The notes beneath the pieces were generated by a model that saw only the letters and a list, made by a program, of their open reading frames with translations, was not told the origin of the DNA and searched no databases. A DNA stretch of 64,000 nt from Octopus vulgaris. Taxonomy: Eukaryota. Below, piece after piece: positions 13,826 through 27,152 of this stretch (positions within the stretch are counted from its first letter, which is position 1; the number at the start of each line of letters is the position of its first letter). Location of the stretch: positions 128,960,001 through 129,024,000 of the forward strand of contig OX597815.1 of NCBI GenBank assembly GCA_951406725.2, given 5' to 3'. The translations under genes and the position numbers were made by a program.

Positions 13826-13896
13826 GAGGCGGCGAGCTGGAACCGTTAGCACGCTTGATAAAATGCTTAGCGGCATTTCTCCTGTCTTTACGTTTT

Positions 13897-14350
13897 AGGC
13901 GCAGATGTGGCTGTGTGGTAAGAAGTTTGCTTCCCAACCACATGGTTCCGGGTTCAGTCTCACTGCATGGTACCGTGAAACAAGTGTCTTCTATTACAGC
14001 CTCAAGCCAACCAAAGCCTTGTGGTGGATTTGGTAGACGGAAACTGAAAGAAGCCGGTCGTGTGTGTGTATGTGTATGTGTGTGTGTGTCTCTGTGTGTG
14101 TGTGTGTGTGTGTGTGTGTACATGTGTCTTTGTGTCTGTTTGTCCCCACCCACACCTCTTGACAACCGGTATTCGTGTGTTTACTACCCTGTAACTTAAC
14201 TGTTCAGCAAAAAGAAACCGATTGAATAAGAACCAGCAGAAAAAGTAAGTGCTAAGGTCGACTCGTTCGGCTAAAAATTCTTCGAGGCGGTGCCCCAGCG
14301 TGGCCGCAGTCTAATGACTGAAATAAGTAAACGATAAAAGATAAAAGATA
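13897..14350 (+). mobile_element. SINE family A, full length, directly after a family-B head fragment (13828-13895)
   Basis: Similarity to the other copies. Confidence 0.9.
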
Positions 14351-14994
14351 CTGCGTCTCCATTTATAAAGCATTTCCATCAAGAAGCAGAATTGAATGAG
14401 TAGATCTTATTAGAAAATCAATTGTTACAAACCGGTAAATTCACGAGTCACTTGACTTGCCGAAATTTCGAGGCTCTAAAAACCGATATTATAGTACGTA
14501 TGTGTATACATACATACTTACATACACACATATATAGGGCTCTGAGTATGTGTGTGTATGTGTGTGTGTGTCCATTAACTTACACTGATTTCCAATTATG
14601 CCTGAATAGACAACTCTTGTACTGGACTCGTTTCGGTCGACTAAACCTCCCCTTACTTCCTACCATTTGTACTTAATTAACCCATATATTCCCTCTATAC
14701 CCTGCTATACAACTGAGACCAACCGCTTCCTATATTCATTTAAGGGATTATTTTTATGTAACTCCACACACACACACGTACGCTCGCACACACATTTATA
14801 TCCACTCGACGATGGAATTTAATCTGCATGGCTTAGAGGATCTAAGATTGTTTTTCTTTTCCATTATCAACGTCGTTGCGATTCAACAGAATAATTTTTT
14901 TTTTATTTTTGTCATTTATTTTGAAGAATGTTGATAAAATATAGTGTTTTTAATATTTAATACGTGTGTGTTTGAGCGCGCGCGCGCGTGTCTT

Positions 14995-15200
14995 TGTGGC
15001 TATGTTTGTCCCACACCACCGCTTGACAACTGGAATTTGTTTACGTCACCGTAACCTAAAGGTTCGGCAATAGAGTCTGATGGAATATGTACCAGGCTTT
15101 AAAAATGTACTGGGGTCGAATCGTTCGAATAAAATCTCTTCAAAGCGGTGCCCCAGCTTGGCCGTAGTCTAATAAGTAAAACAAAGGATAAAAAATAAAA
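14995..15200 (+). mobile_element. SINE family A, 3' half
   Basis: Similarity to the other copies. Confidence 0.8.
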
Positions 15201-16451
15201 GCTATATACCACGAATTCAGTAAACATAGTTTTTGACCTCACAGCCCGCGAATGACAGCTTCTTATTTGTTTATATCGTTGTTAAAACGTTATTATTCCA
15301 ATTAGAAAAGCAGCAATAGTTTCAGAGACCTTCTGCTACCACCATGTATTTAGCAGTGAAGGTAAAGTCTTTTATGTAAGTAGATGTTGATGTATTAATA
15401 GTAAGTTTTGACAATCTTTGGGAACATCGCATATGGTAACATATATAGATATGTATATGTATGTACGTGTGTATGTGTGTAACGAGTCCTTCACCGTCAC
15501 CATAAAGTAAAGCAACGAAATATAAGCATGTTTTATATTCGAAAATTTGACAGATTTATGGGACACATACTATGTATGCACACATACACGCGTATATACA
15601 GACATTCATACACATACATATACGCATACATACACACGTAAGCACATATAAAGTGTTAAGGTCAATAGACATTAAAAAACGCCACACAAACAGAACAAAG
15701 TTTTACGAATGTAGATCACTTTACAGATACATACATACACACACACATACATACACTCTTTTAGATATTGCTGGTGTGTGTGTGTGTGTGTGTGTGTGGA
15801 ATAAAGTAGGTAGACAAAATGGAGGTAGATATTAACCGATAGAGAAACTCAGTAAACTATGAGGTGAACTATGATGTAAGGAGCTATGATGTAATGAACA
15901 GGGAGTTTCTTCAAAGAAACTAAGATATGTATTAAGTGGGTTGTAATATCTGTAATATCCGAACATTCAGGGTTATGCTCACTTCATGCGACTCAAACTT
16001 ATTACACGAATTTTATTTATATTTTTGATTTTGTTTTCTACGGTTGAAGAGCATCACTACTCCTCTCAGGCCTTGTAGTTAAGGGCGTTGGGCTCACAAG
16101 CAAAATAAGATCGTGGGTTCGATTCCTGACCAAAGTGACGAGTTGTGTCCTTGAACAAGCTCACGTCATTTCACGTTTTCCAGTCTGTTCAGTTGAAACT
16201 GTGTACCAGCCTGGTGATGGTGCATATCACTCTCCCTCCCCCCTTTTTCCTTCTCTGTCTTTTTCTCTTTCGCTCCCTCTCTCTACCGCAAGGTGTCACA
16301 TACTCAACGTTATGTTGGTACAGGAGTTGGAGAGCCGAGAAAGTATCTATGCCGCCTCGCGACCACATAGGCACCTAAAGCAATTAGTGAAAATATGGTA
16401 CATGCTACCCAAGTCATACTCGCTTGCGAGAAGTGATTATATCTTGTTTTA

Positions 16452-17319
16452 TCTTCTAAATATGAGGAAATCTGTGGATGTGTTTGTTTGTGGCGTTATC
16501 TAACTCCTCCTACATAGTATTAACGATTTTGATGAAACTTGACATGCAAATAGAACTCATGTCTGGAAAACTAGTGACATACTTAGATTGTTGAAAACAA
16601 ATCGATAGTAGGCCCCCTGGAAGGGATTATTATATCTACTACATATAACTAATATATTATTTTAAACATCCAAAGGAAATAACCCATTCGCTTCTGAAAG
16701 GGATCCTTATATATATAGCCAAGGGAAATAACCCATTCATGTTCGTAAATTATTTCGTATAAATCAAATTGAGTTTGCTTATTTCTTAGTATTTGAACTA
16801 TTTGAGTTATTTTTGCAATTTATCCAGTACAACGCTTAAACAAGTAAACAGTATTTTCCTAAACAATAGATCCACTTATTTCGGTTAGTGACTTATTCGC
16901 GAATATACCAACACTAGCACAAAAGCTTTTTTCAGAGTTATTTATTTTGAATTGTTATTACCTCATATGTAATCAGTCTGTTATATTACGTAAGATGCTT
17001 CACGATTTTAGTATACATACCTTATTAGTATTTCCTCCTAAGTTCTACTTACTCGGGAACGTATTAAAGCCCTTTTCGGGGCTACTTTATTTGAATTCTT
17101 ACTATCGGGTAATTAATTTCACAATTTTGGTATTCATAATTTATTGGGAATTCCTAAAAACAAGATCCTGTGTAAGACAGTTCGATATTTTCAATAAATG
17201 CACAAAAACCGTTTTAAGGGCTACATACTTTCTATTGTTGTTACTGGATTAGAGAAACAATGAGAACGGAACCAAGGGATAAGCCCCACTTTCCTGGGAA
17301 TTACCGGGTACGTCAGCTA

Positions 17320-17320
<1 letters not shown>
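16452..17320 (+). mobile_element. Helitron-like non-autonomous element
   Basis: A|TC 5' end, TGTT/TCTG-type repeats near the 5' end, 3' hairpin CCTGG..CCGGG then CTAG|T. Confidence 0.7.
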
Positions 17321-17367
<47 letters not shown>

Positions 17368-17679
17368 CAATTGAGATTCGGTTGAATTAGGTACTTAAGT
17401 TGAAGCACCAAGTCAGTCCGGTATTATCCGCACAACCCGAAGTAACGTGAATATAATTGTTCAATTAAATGGAGTCGCTTGAAACGGTCGTACTGCATCA
17501 CTACTTGATACCCTGTTACTTATTTTGATTATATATGTAACAAGACAGTTACTTCTCGTAAGCAAAAAATCACACACACACACACACTCTCTCTCTCCCT
17601 TTCACACACACACATATTATTCTTAAACAAGAATATTATTGACAGTGTCTTCGCAATTTAGGTCACTTAAGTCATCGTT

Positions 17680-17726
17680 GATAGTCCGACGATGGCTTAA
17701 CTGGCCGAAATTTCGAAGTCACTGTC
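17680..17726 (+). ncRNA. Hammerhead ribozyme relic (U4>C) inside a foldback
   Basis: GATAGT-CCGACGA-TGGC..GGCC-GAAA-TTTCGAAG-TC-ACTGTC; stem I pairs fully with one G-U. Confidence 0.65.
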
Positions 17727-18278
17727 AATAATATTCTTGTTTAAGAATAATGAATTTATACTCAACAAACATATAGACTATACTTTTGCCGAATACAAAT
17801 ACTACAGACTAACCCATTAGATTAATGTAAAATTGTTTTTATCATGAATAAACATAAAACACGCGCGCGCACCTACACACATGTATCTGGTACGTAGTTT
17901 CGTCTAACCCATGCTAGGTTAAAAAAAAAAAAGAAAAAAAAACCAGCTTTCTTTTTAAAATTATGTTCTTCTGTTGTGATTCTACAGGTTATATTTGTTT
18001 TGTTGTGATTTTCTCTTCTGGAATACATCTCAGGTGTAAGTTCTTTGCACTCCCTGTTCATTCAAAATTTAATTCGAACACTAGTATTGTCTTGGTAGAG
18101 TTTTTTTTTAAATCGCTTCGTGTAAATAATATAGAAATATAATAAATAAATACAATTTCAGCGTGGAAGGTGTTTATAAGCCATTTAAAAACACACAAAA
18201 ACTATTAGATTCACTTCAACATTTAAATTTAATTTGTCAAAATACTTTCGTCGCTTTGAGACTGCGCCCTGTTCATTT

Positions 18279-18329
18279 TTTGTCAGTGAACAAGTCGCGG
18301 TCTCAAAGCGACAAAAATATTCTGACAAA
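18279..18329 (+). ncRNA. Hammerhead-like motif with G3:C8 core variant inside a foldback
   Basis: TTTGTCA-GTGAACA-a-GTCGC(GGTCTCAAA)GCGAC-AAAA-ATAT-TC-TGACAAA; the inverted arm keeps GAAA. Confidence 0.55.
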
Positions 18330-18684
18330 TTAAGTCTAATTGTTGAAGTGAATCTAACAGTCTTTGTGTGCTTTTAAATGGCTTATAAACACCTTCCACG
18401 TTGCAATTGTTTTTGTTTCAGCACACGATCTCAGATCAGGTTACTTGCTAGGCAAGTACATTTCCGTAATAAATAAATAATTATATTAGTAAACCTTCGA
18501 CAATGTGTCGCACACCAGCGTTGACTCCTGAATGTAAACTTTTACGGGAATGGAGAAAATAAAAAAAAAAGTTCAAAAGTTTTAAATTTTGGCAGAAGGC
18601 CAGCAATTTTTGGGTGGTACTTTAGTTTATCCGACCCGGAAAGATGAAAGTCAAAATTGACTTTGGCAGCATTTAATACCAAAC

Positions 18685-19567
18685 AAATGGCAGCACACAG
18701 TTGCGTGCACAGTGAGAGCTAGCAGTGACCTTCATGAGGCAGTGTGCCGAATGACATCGCTATGTTTATTTCGCAAGTTGTAAAATTTGTGTTTTTATAA
18801 TTATATGTATGCTGCAGTCTGCGATTTTGTCATCAACAGGAACAAAGAGCCAACGTGAAATTTTGCGTTAAATTTTGTAAGTTTGCTACAGAGACACTGA
18901 GTAAACTTTGACAAGCTTACAGCGACGAGGCAATGGGTCGTACGCAATGTTTCGAGTGGCACGGGCGCTGCAAAAGGGGAAGAACATCCCTGGAAGACGA
19001 TGAGCGAGCTGGAAGACCTGCTATAAGCGTCACCCCAGAAATGTGATATCGTGCATTGAGAAATCGTCACCTAGGGCCAGGCCATCAATCAAGTGTTCTA
19101 CTGTAAAGTTTTGAAGCGTTTGGGGGAGGACATTCGACGAAAGCGAAACGGATTAGTGGAGCGCAAAGAATTGGACTCTTCAAGACGACAATGCACCCTG
19201 TCACCGTACTCTCTTCACTCGTGAGTATCTCGCCAAAAAGAGCATGGTATCGCTTCCGCACCCGTCCGATTCTCCAGATTTCGCACCTGTGGATTTCCAT
19301 CTCTTCCCCCAAGACGAAAATGCAGCTTAAAGGTCACCGTTTTAACATTGTTGTCGAGATAAAGAGCGAATCGCTGAAGGTTCTCGACTCGCTTACGGAA
19401 AACAACTTTCAGGCCGGATTCCAAAAGCGGCAGGAACGCTGGGACCGGTGTATTGCTGCGCAAGGTGATTATTTCGAAGAAGATTACAAAACTTATCGTT
19501 ATTTTTAAACTTAGGTTATTTTTTATTAAACATAACCAGTCCTGGGACTTTTTGATACAACCTCGTA
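18685..19567 (+). mobile_element. Mariner element, internally deleted
   Basis: EQRANVKFC, AMGRTQCFEWH, LEDDERAGRP, QDDNAPCH, HPSDSPDFAPVDF, WDRCIAAQGDYFE; right TIR ..TTGATACAACCTCG-TA. Confidence 0.9.
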
Positions 19568-20423
19568 AATTGTCGGAAGGAGATACTGCAAAGCATTTTG
19601 TCCGATGCTCTAGCCATTCTGCCAGCTTGCCACAATATGGCTTCAAATTTTGCGACAAGGCCAGCAGTTTTGAGGGGAGGAATTCGATTAAATTGACTCC
19701 ACTTGACTGGTAGATTATTTTATCGACCTCGAAAAATAAATGGCGAAGTTAACTTTGGCAGGATTCCAATTCAGAACATAGAGAATTAGCAATACCGCGG
19801 AGTATTTTATCCGAAGCTCTAACGATTCTATAATCTCGCTACCCTTTCCGTCTTGCCAGATATTCCCATATCCACAAAGGTACAGAATGATTGGTGGAGA
19901 GAGAACTAAAGAAAGCTTAAATGGGTGACACTCTTGTGCATTTTTTTCATCACTAGCCTACATCTTCAACCGGATATCGAGAATTGGCGTAAGCTATGTT
20001 GATATTCTCGGATTTAGACAGAGACACACTAATCTGCCTACTTTATCTCATTATGGTTAACTGAACTGATCATTTCTAATTTAGAAATATAGGTTGAACG
20101 TCCCTAATCTGGCAAGCTTAGAACCAGACAGATGTTGGAGTAACCGATTTTCCAAATCAATGAAGTTTTTTTTTAAAAAAGTGAAATACTGCACTATAGT
20201 TCAAATTTTGACACAAGTTTTGTAGGCATAAACCTAATTCCAGCTTAGAGATGAACTAGATTTACGACACTAGGTAACAGTAAAAGCCATGTTTATGCTT
20301 TTCATTCAGCACCATTTTCACTACTAGAATGTCACTTAGGAGATATACTTCAGGGTATATCAGGATAAATAGTACCTCTATTGGTAGCATCAACCACTGT
20401 ATGTCAGTTGTGATCGCTCTAAA

Positions 20424-20675
20424 CAAGTGGCTCTCAACTAGAGACCACATGACCCTTGGGGGTCCGCATATGATTTAGCTGTTAAAATTTACGTGCAATA
20501 AATCGGTTATACTTCTACAAAACAAATTATTTTAACAATTTTTTAAATACAGTTCTGAATAATATTTAATTATGAAAATATAATGTTTTTTTTTTAAACT
20601 TCAAATGGCTATGGGACTCCGCAGGGAAATAGGGATCAAAGAAGTCGACAGGCAAAAACTGGTTGAGACGCACTC
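20424..20675. mobile_element. Old hAT MITE
   Basis: Ends AGTGGCTCTCAAC / GTTGAGACGCACT; flanks CTCTAAAC/CTCTTAAC. Confidence 0.65.
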
Positions 20676-20899
20676 TCTCTTAACAATATGGGGCGCAACA
20701 GTTAGACAAGAGGTTGTCTTGTAAATTAACAACAGCTAGCGTCAAATCACCGCCTCGAAACATTGAATCTGTCGGATAAATGAATCCCGGATTAGTAAGG
20801 GAAAAAATCCTGCAAAAATAAAGGAGATGAAGAAGTTGCAATTTATTTTAATTAGTCAGAGGAGGGAGAAAGGTTCACGATCTTTCGGAATCGTCCTAG

Positions 20900-21115
20900 G
20901 CTGGTTTGTTAGCACACCGGACAAAATGCTTAGCATCATTTCGTCTGGCTTTATGTTCTGAGTTCAAATTCCGCAGAGGTTGATTTTACCTTGCGTCCTT
21001 GGGGGGGGGGGGGAGTCGATGGAATAAGTACCAGTCGGTTGAACACCCGGGTAAATATAATCGATTAGCTCTCCTCCCCTAAAATTTTAGGCCTTGTGCT
21101 TATCGTAGAAAGGAC
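20900..21115 (+). mobile_element. SINE family B, diverged
   Basis: Similarity to the other copies; tail runs into (TTA)n(TAG)n. Confidence 0.8.
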
Positions 21116-21209
<94 letters not shown>

Positions 21210-21529
21210 TGTAGTAGTGGCTTGTTATCACTGTTGTCATTGACATTGCTGAAATCCACCGCAACAACTAATGACTAGATTCTGGGTTAAAACCGATTAA
21301 TCTAGATTAATTTAGCATTGATTTTCCTCTAACCTTAAACACAAACATATGCACACACACGCGCACACACGTCCACACGCACATACACACACAATGAGTT
21401 GGGTTTAATCTGGTTACATAACAGTGAAACGCATAGACTAAATGCGTGTTGCTTTTAGCCTCATGCTCGCCTGATTGAAGGAGGCGTTGATGAAATATGC
21501 TCCAATATTGACCATCCTGTATATATGTG

Positions 21530-21969
<440 letters not shown>

Positions 21970-22010
21970 GTATTTCTTATCTATAAAATATAGCGGCGTA
22001 CGTACACTAT

Positions 22011-22055
<45 letters not shown>

Positions 22056-22545
22056 ATATATATATATATATATATATCTTATGATAAAAGGCAGATTTTC
22101 TCTGCCTCTGACATAGTTTGTTTTTAATACAATTGTACAATATAGAATTTCTTTAATTGGAATTTACCTATGATTTTTTCGAAGTAGATTCGATTGGGTC
22201 ATAGCATATACATTTTTTTCAATTTCACCCCCAATTAATCAAAAATTCCAGAAAACTCAATATTTTACGATTTGCCTCTCTCATTTCAAATGCTTTACTC
22301 ATGCTATTACCACACTTTCTCCTACTTTCTCTTTGCAAGTGTATACCACTATCATATCCTCTTTCTGCAACTCTTAATCAACATCACACATTCTGATACT
22401 TTCTCTTATTAATGCTTAAACCAATCCTCAAAAAAAAAAAGGAAACAGAGATCTGTCGCTAACTTTTGGTAGTATTCATTGGCGAGCGTATGTCAATTGT
22501 TGAAAGAAAGAAATTGTAAGCTAAGAAGGTGTGTGTGTGTATGTG

Positions 22546-22629
<84 letters not shown>

Positions 22630-22750
22630 TGTGTGTGTAGGAAGTGAAGGATAAAAATATGGCAAGAAGTGGACAGATGTACATATATACATACATACAT
22701 CCATCCATACATACATGTGTGTGTGTATGTGTATTAATGTGTGTGTGTTA

Positions 22751-23126
22751 TCTCTCTCTATATAAAGCTGAAGTTGTCTGTGTGCGGCAGGTTTGGTAGC
22801 CTTCAACTAACACTATCTCCTCCGAGACCCTGCGGCGCAAGTTGACCAAAATTGAGAGTATGATAGAAGAACGGTTGCTCTTCCTTCCGTAGAAGATAAA
22901 ATTCAAATCGGACCATGTTAACACCAAAAATTATTTACATCAAAAAGGTGCTTTTTTCTCTGAAAATCCCTATTTTTTACGATTTTTTCACTGCTGTGTC
23001 GCCACTTTTCGGTGTATTTCAACAAGAAGAGAATAAAAAGCTACATAATGCAAAATTTTTACTTTTCAAAAATTCCAATTCCAGCGGGTCGAAACAAACC
23101 CGAGCAATGCTGGGCGATACTGCTAG
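22751..23126 (+). mobile_element. Helitron-like non-autonomous element
   Basis: A|TC...; hairpin CCCGAGCAATGCTGGG; CTAG|T end. Confidence 0.8.
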
Positions 23127-23299
23127 TATATATATAACATCAGTGGATCATATATCCGAAAAAGAAGCACAGTTTAAACGTTAGAGCAATAATATATTTA
23201 TCGTGCTCATCTTTTTTCCTTCGTATTTAGATTTATTCATTAGTATGAGCCTGTGATTTGTTCTTGCTTTTCCTTTGTACGTGGAGTGATATTAATCTT

Positions 23300-24740
23300 C
23301 AACGGAGAAACGCATGACTAACGTTTAATGTCGTTAGGCTAGAGATAAGAAATGAAGTGCTTTTTCTTATTGTAAAAGATGGAATTGAACCAAAGGCAAA
23401 TGACATGTTTACTGGCACACATGTGAAAATAAAACTGGTGGAGAACGTCTCAGGGGCGTTGTTATTGGTAATGATCAGTTTTGGAAGGAGCATGTTGTCA
23501 AGAAAGTGAAGAGATGGATCCGAGATGTTGAAGAATTAGCAGCAATTGAAAAAGCATCAATTAGCATCAATTGCAGAAGCTGCCTTTTAATTATTCACAA
23601 AGGCAATATCTCACCGCTGGATTTCATACAGCGGACTGTTCCTAACATAGGACATTTATTTCAACCGTTAGAAAGTGTTATTAAGGAGAAGTTCATTCTT
23701 GCTCTACTTGGACGAAGGGTATCTGAAATTGAAAGGAGAATATACTAGGTAGGACTTAGGTGGATTGGGCTGACCAACCCTGTGACATGGTCAGATCATG
23801 AATATCTTGTATCAAAAGAAATAACAACAAGTCAGACTATCATTATCCTCAACCAAGAAAAAGACATTTCCAATTACGATAATGGGCACGGTGATATCAA
23901 GACCAAAGTGGTAAATGTCATGAAAGAGAGAATATTACAAAAAGAATGTTCTGATGTGATGAGTAGATTGAATTATGAAAGTGAAACCTAGAACTAGCCT
24001 CTGAAAAAGGTTCTGGTTTATAGTCAACTGTTTTAACCATTAAAGCCTTAGGGTACACTCTTAACAAACAAGGGTTTAGAGATAACATTTATTTGAGATA
24101 TGAAAAGAAAATCCCAAACACATGAAGCTGCCGCCAGTGAGGATCTAAAAACGACATTGACCATGCCTTCTCGTGCAAAATGTGGGTACTTGTGTCCATG
24201 AGACACAACTTAGTCTGGGATTTGGAAGCAGAATTGGCGTGAGAGGTATGTAATGATGTGAAGGTGGAACCCGAACTCCGCCCATTAGATGCAAACCTGG
24301 TGGAAAACGGCAATACTAATGAAAAAGTACGGTTAGACGTGTCTCGAACTGGTGTTTGGGAACCCCTTGAGAAAACATTCCTAGATAACAAGGTTATGCA
24401 CCTACAAAAATAAACAAGAGTTTGTTTCGGGTTTGTCAAGCACTTGAACGGGAGAAAAAGAAAATAGTAAAGGGTTCATTCCTTCTTATAGTCATGTCCA
24501 CATCAGGTGGAATGGGAGCTTCTAAAAAGCACCACAAGAGGTTTGCTCTCCTAACTGCTGAGAAACGACGTGAAAGATAGTCTGATGTTCTGAACTATAT
24601 GAGAATAAGAATTACATTCAGTCTACAAAAGAGCAATCTAATTGTAATTCGTGGAGTAAGAGGAACAGCGACAGAGGGAACAAGCTTTACCTTTCTGCAC
24701 TGTTATTCAACTTGATAGAATTCACCGAAGGCTTCTAGAA
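23300..24740 (+). mobile_element. Decayed CRE-like non-LTR retrotransposon (restriction-like endonuclease type)
   Basis: Fragments GLGLTNP, HAFSCK..RHNLVWD..EVCNDVKVEPELRPL, RLDV..GVW..TFLD, STSGGMG. Confidence 0.7.
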
Positions 24741-25722
24741 CGTTTTACACATGGTTCTCTAATCTTCATAATGCAGTTCCCAGCGGTGTTATATATCGAC
24801 ATTACACCAACGAAGCTGGATATAAGTTAATTGCAAGGGTTAAAAATCAGACCGAGGTTCTAAAGTAATAGTAAACAGTAAGATTATTTTCTATTACTTT
24901 ACACACCGACATAAAAAAAAAAACCTTTGCATTATAGTGCAGTAGTGTAAAAAAGAATAAAGAGCTGTGATGTTCATTCTCGTCTCAAAGGCATAAGCAG
25001 CGCAACAGAAGTGAAATTGCTTTCCACTACAGTTAGAAACAGCATTTGCAGCGCTACTTGTTGAATGATTACTTTTTCTCCTACATCTCTACATTTTTAC
25101 TAAATATTGAAGCATTTTCGCAAACACCAGATGAAATGTTTCAACCATGTGTGTATGCGTGTGAACGCTAAGCATAGCGACTTTTTACGTATTTATTTAT
25201 TTTATTTTCATCTATCTTAGTCACGGATAACGAAGTGAACTTTGAGTACATCAGTCTGCTTTGTTGCGATAACTTTACTACAGGGTTCAACTAAATTTAA
25301 CTTAAAGTAGAATGAACATAATTTAAACAGATAGGTTTATTATGCGATAGGGCACACATTCTAAGAGATGTCGACTGTTTTGGCTCCTATCCAAAAGATA
25401 AATGCCATACCTGTTTTTCTTCAATCTGACAAAACGTCATAAGTTTAGGTAAGTCTCTTCATGGCTACCATTATAAAGTCAATACTTAAATCTGATTTCA
25501 AGGCAGGCGTTAAAAGGAAGTTATATAAATCTCTTTCTCGATAGCATATTGTTCAATCTTAGGTTGCACTCTTAGAAAATGTGGTGATAGCATTTATACC
25601 TTATAACGAGGGCGACTAAAGCATGATGTGGAATTAAGTACCCAGACTTGTTTGAAATTATAAAGAAATATTTCAGTCATTTCCACTGTATGTACGTTGG
25701 GCCTCTGCGTTGTCACAAACCC

Positions 25723-25799
<77 letters not shown>

Positions 25800-25844
25800 A
25801 TCATTATTATTATCATCATCATCATCATCACCATCATCATCATC

Positions 25845-25878
<34 letters not shown>

Positions 25879-26056
25879 CATTAGTTATATCTAATACTTT
25901 TCATCGCTGTATTGTGTATTGTTACTTTTTGTATTTGATAGCTGTTATGGATCTTCTATAAGAATAAAACTCTATACCTTAATTTGCCAATTCTGTATGC
26001 GAAGACAAAGAACAAATCTTAGGAAACAGAGTTCATTTTAGCGAGACACCTATTGA

Positions 26057-26164
26057 GATCATCTGAGGAGACACATCTACACCGAGGAATACACCTAAAC
26101 CAGATGTTCAGAATCACACCCGCGAAGGATCGATGCTAGATGGGTCGAAACAATTGTAATGATC
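26057..26164 (+). ncRNA. Type-I minimal hammerhead ribozyme (Penelope pLTR-type), apparently intact
   Basis: Stem I GATCAT(26057-62)/ATGATC(26159-64); core CTGAGGA; stem II GAC-a-CATCTA...TAGATG-g-GTC; GAAA at 26147-50; C-AATT-G palindromic stem III; GTA cleavage triplet; AATAAA immediately downstream. Confidence 0.85.
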
Positions 26165-26235
26165 AATAAAGATTCTCGTATCTTCCATATTCCGTCCCTC
26201 TTTCCTTAACTAAATACATACATATACATATATCA

Positions 26236-26557
26236 GACCCCCTTGAGTCATGACTGACTATGGGATTGCATCTAGAAAATAACCCTCCCAGGCACAAGTA
26301 CGGGTAAGGTTGTTTATGGAAGACCAGCAGTCGCCCATGCATACCGGCCTCCCTTATCCACGCCACCGATGTTATCCAAGGGAAAGGCAAAGGCCGATAC
26401 AGCTTGGCGTCTGTGACGTCGCAAATCATTTCTACAGTTGAGTTAACTGGAGCAACATGAAATAAAGCGCCTTGCTCAAGAACACAGCCCGGTTCGAGAT
26501 TCGAGCTCACAACCTTACGATCGTAAGCTCGACGCTCTAAGCACTGAGCGATGCGTC

Positions 26558-26560
<3 letters not shown>
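26236..26560 (-). mobile_element. SINE family C
   Basis: Reverse complement of the 62747-63077 type. Confidence 0.9.
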
Positions 26561-26612
<52 letters not shown>

Positions 26613-26711
26613 TGATAGAAATAGTGACAATAAAAGAATGAAAGAGATCTCAATATTATGTAATTAGAGGAATTTATTTGTAAATGTAATGTGGCAATAT
26701 TCGGCAACCAT

Positions 26712-26772
26712 GATAAAACTCCGAGTTTCGGATGTCGGGGTGGAAATCCACGCCGCCATCTCTTCAGTTATC
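26712..26772 (-). ncRNA. Type-I minimal hammerhead ribozyme
   Basis: Minus strand reads GATAA-CTGAAGA-GATG(GCGGCGTGGATTTCCACCCCGA)CATC-C-GAAA-CTCGGAG-TT-TTATC; minus-strand AATAAA at 26673-78. Confidence 0.75.
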
Positions 26773-26786
26773 CGGCCATCGGAAAA

Positions 26787-26822
<36 letters not shown>

Positions 26823-26989
26823 ATATATATATATGTACAAACACATGCAAATTAGGATTCAATTGTTCGTTTAAATAACTGAATTTTGTGCTGCTGAATA
26901 CACCTGGCGCACACACACGCACACACGCACACACACACATACACACACACACACACACACGTACATACACACAAACACAAACACACACA

Positions 26990-27152
26990 TACGACGGGCT
27001 TCTTTCAGTTTCCACACACCAAATACACTCACAAGGTTTTGATCGGCTTGGGGCTATAGTAGAAGACATTGCCCAAGGTGCCACGCAGTGGAATTCAACC
27101 CGAAATCTTGTAGTTGGGAAGCAAACTTCTTACCACACAGCCATGACTGTGC
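26990..27152 (-). mobile_element. SINE family A, 5' half
   Basis: Similarity to the other copies. Confidence 0.85.
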
